Assembly (NCBI GenBank): GCA_023700255.1
Contig: JAJPRD010000002.1
Location: forward strand, 42,748 to 106,747
Length of the DNA stretch: 64,000 nt
Reading direction: 5' to 3'
From: Candidatus Thalassarchaeaceae archaeon
Lineage (GTDB): Archaea; Thermoplasmatota; Poseidoniia; Poseidoniales; Thalassarchaeaceae
This document shows positions 10,041 to 18,697 of the stretch, piece after piece. The notes beneath the pieces were generated by a model. That model made no database searches. It was not told the DNA's origin and saw only the letters and a program-made list of their open reading frames with translations. Each line of letters starts with the position of its first letter. The stretch's first letter is position 1. Made by a program: the position numbers and the translations under genes.

Positions 10041-11317
10041 TTTCTAACCTCATTTACAATTGGTGCTACTTTTGTCATGAAAGCAGTCATATCGCGTTGA
10101 ACTCTCTCACTATCGTGATTGAAAAAGTCAAACCAACACATAAGTCTATCACTAGAATGAAATCTATTCATAATTTGTTCTGCTACTTCATCAATATTGC
10201 CTATGACCGCATTATCGCTCGCTCTCTCAACTTTTGCAGGATCAATAGTCCCCTCTAAAGCGCTCCAATATGTCGAAAGTGCCGCTTTGGCCTCTCTTTT
10301 TGCTGCTAAACTTTGTTCTTCAGGAGTCAAGCCATCTTCATCATTTACAAACACCATTATTGTACGAGGCATCATACTTCTATTCCATTCTCCTCCGTCT
10401 AAATGATAATTTTCTTTCATCCTTTCATGGGTTGCATCAATGACATGTGGTGGTGTAATACTAAGGTTGAATACTTGAACTGGCCTCCATTTATTTACCT
10501 CAATTTGTAGTTTAGGGTCATGGCTGCCTAATACTAAATTCAGCAATTCTCTTCTCCATTCTTGAGGTATTGTTTTTATTTCTTCGAATTCATATCTATG
10601 AGGTATTTCAATAAAATCAGGTAATTCATTAGTTTCATTATGCTTCATTGAAGCTTTTTGTACATTACTCCAGTCTTCATCAGAGCGGAAATTCTCTCTT
10701 GTAAGGATGGTATCTCTAATCATATCTGAAGAAATTATTTCACCATTTAATAATCTTAGAAATATCTCTGCCGCTTCTGCGAATACTTGACCTCTAAGTG
10801 CCGGCCATGCTTCTTCTTCTACCGGGTCTCTAGGTACTATTCCATATGGTCTAGCCATAAATTCAAAACGTCCAGCAGAAAATCCAATATGCAAACGTCG
10901 ACATTCTTCTTCTTGCATGCCGTGTAATGCGATAAATGACCCAACTCTTTCAGCTATAGCAATTGGTCCTCCTGATGCTAAAATTGATAATACTGCACTT
11001 CCTACTTCCATTCTTTTTGTTCTTGAAAACATCTTCTGAGCAATTTGAAAGAAATCTGTGCATAACCCTACTTCGCCGGGGTAATGAGGCACTACTGGTT
11101 TACTATTTCTTTTTTGAATTTCAGTTGATAAATGAGCTTGAGCTACCCAACCCACCCCAAATCCTAATTCGTCTGCTAACTCGACTTGGTCTAAGAAATT
11201 TGAAAACATTTGATTTTCAGATGGTTTATGGCCAGATGTGTCTGGTGTCTGAGAGATTGAAAAGAAAATATCGAATAACATCAAATCATCCTCAAATTGA
11301 ACGCATTCTTCCACCAT
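10037..11317 (-). CDS. Luciferase-like (LLM class) flavin-dependent oxidoreductase
   Basis: The N-terminus FDIFFSIS...FLDQVELADELGFGVGWVAQAH and the C-terminal GNIDEVAEQI...DRLMCWFDF follow the LLM TIM-barrel pattern. The probable start is MLFDIF at 11281, which removes the overlap with the SDR gene. Confidence 0.65.
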   Translation of the reverse strand: MVEECVQFEDDLMLFDIFFSISQTPDTSGHKPSENQMFSNFLDQVELADELGFGVGWVAQAHLSTEIQKRNSKPVVPHYPGEVGLCTDFFQIAQKMFSRTKRMEVGSAVLSILASGGPIAIAERVGSFIALHGMQEEECRRLHIGFSAGRFEFMARPYGIVPRDPVEEEAWPALRGQVFAEAAEIFLRLLNGEIISSDMIRDTILTRENFRSDEDWSNVQKASMKHNETNELPDFIEIPHRYEFEEIKTIPQEWRRELLNLVLGSHDPKLQIEVNKWRPVQVFNLSITPPHVIDATHERMKENYHLDGGEWNRSMMPRTIMVFVNDEDGLTPEEQSLAAKREAKAALSTYWSALEGTIDPAKVERASDNAVIGNIDEVAEQIMNRFHSSDRLMCWFDFFNHDSERVQRDMTAFMTKVAPIVNEVRK

Positions 11318-12098
11318 CTACTGCTAAACTAATACCTCTTATTGCTCCACTGCTAGGGAGGCAAAGCCAAGTTACAGCTGCACCAGTTTCGAATGGATCT
11401 ATTAACCTTTGAATTGGTACTGAGTTCATCCATTTATCTTGTACATCTTCAATTGAATCACCAGTTCTAGTTGAAATAGATTTAGCAAGTGAACCTAATC
11501 TGTCAGTATCTGTGAAACCAGGTAGAATGTTATTTATTGTAATGCATGGTTTTAATTCTCGAGAAAGCGATTTTGACCATGACCCCATAGCACCTCTAAG
11601 TGTATTTGATAGCCCGATGTTATCTATTGGTTCTCTGACCGATGTAGAAATTATATTTACAATTCTTCCATATCCTTCTTTTTCCATAATCGGGGTTAAG
11701 ATACGTGTGATAGTATGTGCTGCGTACAAATGTCTCTTGAATGGACCTTCGAAGTCCTCGACTGTGTTAGAAAGTAGTGGTCCACCAGGTGGTCCACCTG
11801 AATTATTCACTAGAATATGGATTGGTTGTTGTTTAATCAAATCATTAATTTTTGTTTCTAATAACGAAATATTTTCCAAATCTAAATTTAATGTGATATG
11901 GTTATCTCCATGCATTTCTTTCGACAAAATTTCTAATTCATCATTTGATCTCGCGCAAATAATTACTTGCGCACCGGCACGAGCCAGCATTAGAGCAGTA
12001 GCTCTTCCAATTCCTTTAGATGCTCCACAAACAAGTGCAGTTTTTCCTTTCAGAATATTATCAGCATATGGGAATTCAGTATCTAGTAATTTTTCCAT
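11292..12098 (-). CDS. Short-chain dehydrogenase/reductase (FabG-like SDR)
   Basis: The Rossmann motif is GKTALVCGASKGIGRA. NNSGG is present, and LPGFTDTD sits at the usual substrate-loop position. Confidence 0.85.
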   Translation of the reverse strand: MEKLLDTEFPYADNILKGKTALVCGASKGIGRATALMLARAGAQVIICARSNDELEILSKEMHGDNHITLNLDLENISLLETKINDLIKQQPIHILVNNSGGPPGGPLLSNTVEDFEGPFKRHLYAAHTITRILTPIMEKEGYGRIVNIISTSVREPIDNIGLSNTLRGAMGSWSKSLSRELKPCITINNILPGFTDTDRLGSLAKSISTRTGDSIEDVQDKWMNSVPIQRLIDPFETGAAVTWLCLPSSGAIRGISLAVDGGRMRSI

Positions 12099-12107
12099 TT
12101 CAAAACC

Positions 12108-12854
12108 TCAATCTACGTAATGCGCATAAGTCTCATCAGACAATATTTGATAGACTTTTTCTAATATTTCATCAGGGGCATTACGGAACGTAGGATGTTC
12201 ACTCTCTCCTTGTGGATGACGCATTTCATTCCATCTGCCTTCTTCATAAGCAATCAATGCTTCCTTCATAAGAATTCCAGCTAGAACAAGAGTTTCATAG
12301 CATAAATCTTCATAATTCATACCTCTTTTAACAGGAACTTTTCTCTTTAATAATAAGTGTCCAGTATCTACTCCATTATCACAAAAATGTGTTGATGATC
12401 CTATGGGGATGTCATGATATACGCTCCAAGCAGGCGATGCTGAACCTCGACATTCTGGTAGTAGTCCCGGATGACTATTGATTACTCCGTGTTTAGGATA
12501 ATCTAGTATTTCTCCTCTAATTATTCTTGTTCCTCCAAATACAATGAGATCTAAATCTATCTCTTTAATATGTGGCATTACCTGTTCTGAATTATGAATT
12601 GAAACTTCTATATTCTTGACATTTACCCCTTCTTTTGATAATTCTTCTAATTGTTTCCGAACTTCTGGGGCAATAGGATTACCTTCAATTCTTTTAAGGA
12701 ACTTCTCTCTTTCTTCATCTGCTATTTTTGAATCTTCTGTGATAATAATAGCTGGGATAAAACCCTCAGAAATTAGTTGTTTGAGCATCTCTCTACCGTA
12801 TGGATGTTCTTTTAGAAGTAAGTATGCAAAGGTCGGCTTGCTCATATATCTCAT
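12108..12854 (-). CDS. Formyltransferase-family protein (Fmt/ArnA N-domain-like)
   Basis: The N10-formyl-THF catalytic signature GVINSHPGLLPECRGSASPAW is present, with the downstream Asp in DNGVDTGHLL. At 248 aa, there is no Fmt C-terminal tRNA-binding domain. Confidence 0.75.
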   Translation of the reverse strand: MRYMSKPTFAYLLLKEHPYGREMLKQLISEGFIPAIIITEDSKIADEEREKFLKRIEGNPIAPEVRKQLEELSKEGVNVKNIEVSIHNSEQVMPHIKEIDLDLIVFGGTRIIRGEILDYPKHGVINSHPGLLPECRGSASPAWSVYHDIPIGSSTHFCDNGVDTGHLLLKRKVPVKRGMNYEDLCYETLVLAGILMKEALIAYEEGRWNEMRHPQGESEHPTFRNAPDEILEKVYQILSDETYAHYVD

Positions 12855-12910
12855 TTACCGCAGGGGTTTCTGATACCCGTTCTTTTCGGTGAAGTGATTT
12901 TTGAAATCAA

Positions 12911-13093
12911 TCAAAGAATTATCACAAATATGACATAACCTAAGCCTATCCCAATACTCACAGATATTATTAATGTTCCAATAATAACTCTTTTTAGTTT
13001 AGAAATGATATTTTTTATTGGAAGTCCTAACCCATCATCTGATGCATTAACAATATCATAAAACATTTTTAATTGTTGAAGCATATATCTCAC
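12911..13093 (-). CDS. Small hypothetical membrane protein
   Basis: A 60-aa ORF fills the gap between aspS and the formyltransferase gene on the same strand. It has one C-terminal TM helix (VIIGTLIISVSIGIGLGYVIFVIIL). No homology is recognised. Confidence 0.35.
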   Translation of the reverse strand: MRYMLQQLKMFYDIVNASDDGLGLPIKNIISKLKRVIIGTLIISVSIGIGLGYVIFVIIL

Positions 13094-13100
13094 TTTATTA

Positions 13101-14543
13101 TCAGGGTGTAACTCTACTTCTATCTCTAGGGAATAGAACTACTTCGCGAACATTCCCTGCACCGGTCAATACCATTAGTAAACGTGCAACACCGAGCCCC
13201 CATCCTGCATGAGGTGGAGCACCATAACGGAAACCATCAGTGTAGAATGTGAAGTCTTCAGGTTTTAGATCCATGTCTCTAAGATTTTGTTCAAGCATAT
13301 CTACCCTGTGTTCTCTTTGTCCTCCACTAGTCATTTCATCACGTCCATAATTAAGGTCAAATCCACGGCTCAACTGTCCTCCAGTTGCAGCCTTTTCATC
13401 TTTATTATGGTATATGTAGAATGGTTTCATTGCCATAGGCCAACGAGGTAAGAAGTGGAAACCAGGGTATTTTTCTGCTATTAGATCACAATGATGGCTT
13501 TCAATATCATCTCCCCATTCAATATCTCCACCACCTGATTTAACAATTTCAATGGCATCACAATATGGAATTCTTGGAAATGGGATTTCAGGTATTTCGA
13601 CAGATATTTCTTCTTCATTTTGACTGATTTTATATTTATTTATGGTGTCAATTAGGCTCTGATCATTTTCTGAAACAGATGACCATATGTAGTGGATCAT
13701 ACGTTCTTGAACGCACATTACATCTTCATCATCCATCCATGCTCCTTCTATATCAAATGATATAAATTCGTTCAGATGTCGATAAGTATCGTGTTTTTCT
13801 GCTCTAAATGCGGGCCCTATCTCAAAGACTCTTTCTAGGCCTCCAAGGACTGCTAATTGTTTGTATAATTGAGGTGATTGACTAAGGAATGCTGGTGTAT
13901 CGAAATACATCATTGGAAAAAGATTCGTCCCCCCCTCTGATGCACTAGCAATGATTTTCGGACTATTCATTTCCATGAAACCTTCTTTAATTAGAAGTTC
14001 ACGTCCGTATTGTAGTACTTTGCTTCTTAATTGGAACATAGCGTTTACATGCGCTCTTCGTAGATCTAAATATCTGTTGTCTAATCTTATGTCGAGTCCA
14101 ACTTTAACCTCATCTATTACACCTAATGGTAGTGGAGCTGCTGCATTTGCAAGCACTTGTCCAGATGTAACATTTACTTCATACTCGGGAGGTGGTGATG
14201 GTTCACCTTCTGCTACTTTAGGTGGTCTTTTTTGTGCTACTACTCCGGTAACTTGAATAGTTGATTCCCTAGTTGAAGATTGAATCAAATCAAAAACTTC
14301 TGGTTCCATGTTATCTTTTTTCAAGAATGCTTGAATATGACCTGTTCCATCTCTTAACATTAAGAAACAAATCGCTCCTCTTCCGCGTATTGTTTCTGCA
14401 TATCCTGCAACACTGACTTCACTTCCAACCAGTGTTGAACCATCACTAACAATTTGACCAATTGTATGTGTTCGATAAGAAGTAGGTTTCCACTCGGTAC
14501 TGTCTCGCATGATTGTGCGGGTGAATACTTGGTTATGAATCAA
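13101..14543 (-). CDS. aspS: Aspartyl-tRNA synthetase, archaeal/eukaryotic type
   Basis: An N-terminal OB anticodon-binding domain is followed by class II motifs: FRAEKHDTYRHLNEF, GGQREHR and GWGLGVARLLM..REVVLFPRD. Confidence 0.92.
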   Translation of the reverse strand: MIHNQVFTRTIMRDSTEWKPTSYRTHTIGQIVSDGSTLVGSEVSVAGYAETIRGRGAICFLMLRDGTGHIQAFLKKDNMEPEVFDLIQSSTRESTIQVTGVVAQKRPPKVAEGEPSPPPEYEVNVTSGQVLANAAAPLPLGVIDEVKVGLDIRLDNRYLDLRRAHVNAMFQLRSKVLQYGRELLIKEGFMEMNSPKIIASASEGGTNLFPMMYFDTPAFLSQSPQLYKQLAVLGGLERVFEIGPAFRAEKHDTYRHLNEFISFDIEGAWMDDEDVMCVQERMIHYIWSSVSENDQSLIDTINKYKISQNEEEISVEIPEIPFPRIPYCDAIEIVKSGGGDIEWGDDIESHHCDLIAEKYPGFHFLPRWPMAMKPFYIYHNKDEKAATGGQLSRGFDLNYGRDEMTSGGQREHRVDMLEQNLRDMDLKPEDFTFYTDGFRYGAPPHAGWGLGVARLLMVLTGAGNVREVVLFPRDRSRVTP

Positions 14544-14545
14544 AT

Positions 14546-15358
14546 CTATTCTTCTTCCTCTGATGCAATTTTGGCAGCAATAAGTAAAAATGCTGTATGA
14601 CCCATTGGTTGATTACCAGGTCTTACACCTCCTTTACTTGCTTTGCTCCATTTTCTTTCTATCATTTCTCCAGCCCATTCTATTTCTAGTCCAGCATCTT
14701 CACAAGCGTCCCAAGATTTCTCTAGTTGAGATGTTGTAGGACAATAACATGCAATTCTTCCACCTATTCTAATAGTTGGAATTATTGATTTAATGACTGT
14801 CCAAGGTTCAGCCATATCAATTATAGCTGCATCTATATCACCACAAATTTCTTTCACTTTATCTTCAACTTCTATAAGGTCCCCTACAAGTAAGTGCCAA
14901 TCTGGAAATTCTGGTAATATCTCTTTCAATCTATCCATATTTTGTTTACCAACTTGAGCATGTTCATCACGAATCTCTACTGAAATCAAAGTACCATCTT
15001 TTCCTAAAACATTGGCAATATGCATTGCAAGTCCTGCAGAACCATGTCCACCTTCTAATACGCGACTTCCAACTCCAATTCCCATCCAAGAAAGTAGGAA
15101 TCCTGAATCTTTTATTCCTATAGTTTGTGCTCGTCTAAACATATTACGTCTTGCTTCCGGTAAGGCCGCTTTGACTATAGTCAGAGATTTCTGTCCTACC
15201 TTGATTCGTTCGCCAATTGAATATCCTTCGAGAAGTTGTTCAGCATCAAATCTTCCAAGTCCTTTGATTTTTATTTCACCGGATTTTCTTTGGAGTAAAT
15301 ATGCTCTCCCATCATCCTCTCTTAGGGCGACCCACTCTGAATCCTTCTCGACAGTCAT
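14546..15358 (-). CDS. trmI: tRNA (adenine-N1)-methyltransferase TrmI/Gcd14 family
   Basis: An N-terminal beta domain (YLLQRKSGEIKIKGLG) is followed by a SAM-binding fold: VLEGGHGSAGLAMHIA and IDAAIIDMAEPW. Confidence 0.8.
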   Translation of the reverse strand: MTVEKDSEWVALREDDGRAYLLQRKSGEIKIKGLGRFDAEQLLEGYSIGERIKVGQKSLTIVKAALPEARRNMFRRAQTIGIKDSGFLLSWMGIGVGSRVLEGGHGSAGLAMHIANVLGKDGTLISVEIRDEHAQVGKQNMDRLKEILPEFPDWHLLVGDLIEVEDKVKEICGDIDAAIIDMAEPWTVIKSIIPTIRIGGRIACYCPTTSQLEKSWDACEDAGLEIEWAGEMIERKWSKASKGGVRPGNQPMGHTAFLLIAAKIASEEEE

Positions 15359-15474
15359 TATTCTTCCGCGAAGGCTCTATGGTTTCAAATCATTTGATTG
15401 AGCAATTATTTGTTTAGTTAATTTATTCACAACATATAGTTACAGTTATACCAATACCCAATAGCGGTATCTCT

Positions 15475-18400
15475 GTGTTGAAGAGTAAATTGTCGTCATC
15501 TATCTGTGCATTTTCATTGATTTTTTTAATGATAACAATGTCTCAAGTCGGTTTAATTGATTTTGAGGAGACAGCATCTAAGGTCGATGAGCTTGAAAAT
15601 GAAGCAGTCCCACTATTTGCAACAAGTCCCGGGCACACTGTTTTCGGGGAATATGTGGGCGCTCATTGGTGTGGTCCTTGCATGAGTAGTGCATCTCCTT
15701 CTCTTAATAATCTTAAAACTTCTAATCCTGATGATTTCACATATGTTTCTTTCTTTGAAGGTTCAGGTACAGGCTGGCCTTCCGACTCTATTGGAAGTTC
15801 TGGATCAAGGAGAGATCATGTCATGGCAGCATCTTCAGGATATCCTACATTCTCTTTTGCTGATGAACAAGCAGGTTCCTGTTACAAAGTTGGTGCTGGA
15901 GGTACTAATTTCTATGATAGCGATTATTCATCAGGGGGCTGCATGGCGCCATCATCTTCTGATTTTACAATGGGACTTTCAACCTCTTTAGATTCATCTG
16001 GCGAGACAGTCACAACTGATCTGACAGTGACATATTTGGGCTCACTTCCATCAGTTATAGTTTACGTATATGCCGCAGTTACTGAACATTCTGGCGCTGA
16101 AAACTATGATGATGGATACAAACCACATCATGTTTTCAAATCCTGGTTACTCAACAGCAATGATAATGGTTTCGAACAACTTGTACTTTCTCCAAGTAGT
16201 CCCTCTGAACTTTCTTGGGATGAACCGTTAAGTTCAGTCCGCGCAGCAGATGGAAGAACTCAATTTGAGAATTTCTGGCCTGTTGTAGCGTTAATGGATG
16301 GTCCACATTCATCATACAATAATATTTACGCCGCTATTGACTTAGACATGGCACCATTAGTTGACATCGGTATTTCAGATTTTATAATTGAAGGGACATC
16401 TGGTTTTGTTCAAGGAGATAACCTTGTTCTAAGTTCCACTATTCAGAATAATGGTGTAGATTCATATTCAGATGGAGGAGATATTAGCATTTACTACTTA
16501 GATGGGTCAGAAGAGCAATATTTAGGAGAAACCTCAATTAATACTCTTTCACCTGGTTCTACTCAAGATTTCTCAGCTAATTTCGATACGTCTTCAGTGG
16601 AGATGCAACCATCAGGAACTTCAGTATTCCGTGCAAGACTGAGTGATTTAGATGGCGATAGAATTGCAAGTAACAATTATGATGATGTCTCTGCATTACA
16701 TGATTTACCTCCAACTCCAAATGCACCCACTGCTGTTTCTTCACCAAATGTAAATCGTGGTAGTATCATCCAATTTGAAGTAAGTGCTATTGCTAATGAT
16801 TTAGTAGATACAATGGATTCAATGTACCCCACTTTACAATATTCAGAATCCGGTTCAGGTTCGTGGGATGATACTTGGATAGATGGTTCTGAAATGATTG
16901 GTAATGGAGGTAACTCTAGGTACCAATATTCCATAAATACTGAATTAAATTCTCCAGTAGGACCTTATGACCTCAGGGTAATGTGGACTGATGCCGGTGG
17001 TCAGAGTAGTCAATGGCTTGAGTCTAATGATGCATTTTACCTCCAGAATGCTATCCCTATCATATATTCTAGTAGTAATAATGAGTATTCAGGCATGCCT
17101 ACTGTGAAAGTGGATTCAAATGAAGAAGTATCTATCATTGGTCTAATTAATGACGCTGAAACCCCCTTACAACTTCTCGATATTACCAGTGACGCTGAGG
17201 AATTTATTTCTTGGGATCCGTTAAATTTGAAAATAACTGTTAAATTTTCACAAGTCATAAGGGATAGTCACGGCAATCCATTACCTCAAGGGATTTATGT
17301 AAATGTTGACGATGGTGATGATATTAATTCAGGTCTAATTTTATTTAATGTAATTGAAAATGGTGCTCCTCGTTGGTCCCCAATCAATACTCAATCATTT
17401 GATGAAGGTGGATATGGAAGTATCACTTTCACAAATTATCTTTCTGATACTGATGATAATGGGAACTCAGTTCCTGTAGCCGGGCTTTCATTATCTCTGT
17501 TAGGTATTTCTGATGAAACACTAGTCGAAGCAACCCTGAATGGGCATTCACTATCTTTGACCTCTCTAGATGAGAACTCATTTGGAGTAGTAGATGTGAC
17601 TATTAGAGCAAGTGACGGTATGAAATATTCAGATACAGTTGTGACTTTCCATGTTTTAAATGTAAATGATGCCCCTAATGTTGATTTAACGGGCATTGAA
17701 GAAATAACCTTACAAACCGGTGATGTCGTAAACCTTGAACTGTTAGGACGAATCACTGATATAGATAATTCTGATGATGAGATTTGGACAGTTGTTACTA
17801 ATGAAGTGTCAGGTGCCACTCAATGGAATCCTATTACTGGCATCTTAGTGATGTCTTGGCAAGAGTCGGGTATTCAAACAGTTTCAATAACTGCTGAAGA
17901 CCGATATGGTGCTTCATCGACATCAATAATACAAGTAAACGTCTTTGATGAACTTCCATTGTATTGGAAATTAGGTTCACAGGGCGATCTCACAATATCT
18001 CTCGATACAACGGAATACTACACAAATCCGTCAGTAACTATTTCCAATGTCGGCGACTTAGTATTGTCAGAAATTAGTGTATTTTGGGGCATATGTAATT
18101 CAGTAACTGGTATTTGCCATAGTTCAGGGCTGTCTCATAACCTTGGTCCGTTTATCGTCAATCACATTAACGGTGAAGGATTAGGAAGTGGTGATTACAT
18201 AACTTTCACAGTTAGAGCTGTAGATCAAGACGGGATGGATCGATCAACTGATGAGACCTACAAAGTTTATGCAACTTTACCTGTTGTAATAGTTGATGAT
18301 GAACCGATTGTTAAGGCTCCATCTTCTAATGGAATGAGCCCGTTGAAAATATCTTTGATAGGTTTAGGTTTATTGTCATTATTATGTGCAATTTTAGTAG

Positions 18401-18624
18401 TGAACGTTGTTCTACGCAGAAGAATAAAATCAGTAGAAGTAAATGACTTTCCTATGCCAATTCAGCACCAATATCAACAAGAGACATTGTATTCAGAATC
18501 TCTGGACAGGTCACCTCCACCACCACCTATGATGGCTCAGTTGCCTCCGGGTGGTTTACCAGATGGTTGGACTATGGAACAATGGCATTACTATGGTGAA
18601 GAGTATCTTCGCCGTCTTAACTGA
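15475..18624 (+). CDS. Large surface protein with an N-terminal thioredoxin-like WCGPC module, cadherin-like repeats, a C-terminal TM helix and a Pro-rich tail
   Basis: A signal anchor (ICAFSLIFLMITM) is followed by VFGEYVGAHWCGPCMSSASPSLNNL, a thioredoxin active-site context. A cadherin-type motif is FHVLNVNDAPNVDL. The TM helix is ISLIGLGLLSLLCAILVVNVVL. The tail is SPPPPPMMAQLPPGGLPDGW. The start codon is GTG/TTG. Confidence 0.88.
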   Translation: MLKSKLSSSICAFSLIFLMITMSQVGLIDFEETASKVDELENEAVPLFATSPGHTVFGEYVGAHWCGPCMSSASPSLNNLKTSNPDDFTYVSFFEGSGTGWPSDSIGSSGSRRDHVMAASSGYPTFSFADEQAGSCYKVGAGGTNFYDSDYSSGGCMAPSSSDFTMGLSTSLDSSGETVTTDLTVTYLGSLPSVIVYVYAAVTEHSGAENYDDGYKPHHVFKSWLLNSNDNGFEQLVLSPSSPSELSWDEPLSSVRAADGRTQFENFWPVVALMDGPHSSYNNIYAAIDLDMAPLVDIGISDFIIEGTSGFVQGDNLVLSSTIQNNGVDSYSDGGDISIYYLDGSEEQYLGETSINTLSPGSTQDFSANFDTSSVEMQPSGTSVFRARLSDLDGDRIASNNYDDVSALHDLPPTPNAPTAVSSPNVNRGSIIQFEVSAIANDLVDTMDSMYPTLQYSESGSGSWDDTWIDGSEMIGNGGNSRYQYSINTELNSPVGPYDLRVMWTDAGGQSSQWLESNDAFYLQNAIPIIYSSSNNEYSGMPTVKVDSNEEVSIIGLINDAETPLQLLDITSDAEEFISWDPLNLKITVKFSQVIRDSHGNPLPQGIYVNVDDGDDINSGLILFNVIENGAPRWSPINTQSFDEGGYGSITFTNYLSDTDDNGNSVPVAGLSLSLLGISDETLVEATLNGHSLSLTSLDENSFGVVDVTIRASDGMKYSDTVVTFHVLNVNDAPNVDLTGIEEITLQTGDVVNLELLGRITDIDNSDDEIWTVVTNEVSGATQWNPITGILVMSWQESGIQTVSITAEDRYGASSTSIIQVNVFDELPLYWKLGSQGDLTISLDTTEYYTNPSVTISNVGDLVLSEISVFWGICNSVTGICHSSGLSHNLGPFIVNHINGEGLGSGDYITFTVRAVDQDGMDRSTDETYKVYATLPVVIVDDEPIVKAPSSNGMSPLKISLIGLGLLSLLCAILVVNVVLRRRIKSVEVNDFPMPIQHQYQQETLYSESLDRSPPPPPMMAQLPPGGLPDGWTMEQWHYYGEEYLRRLN

Positions 18625-18697
18625 GTTTTTTTGCAAATGCTTCTATAACGCACCTTCAAGAAGGTCAGACTTACAGGACTAACCACGAGGGATACAA

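Noticed and set aside
11512-12120. A 202-aa plus-strand ORF
   Set aside because: It is entirely antisense to the well-supported SDR gene (Rossmann motif and NNSGG on the minus strand). It has no recognisable motif, so it is a shadow ORF.
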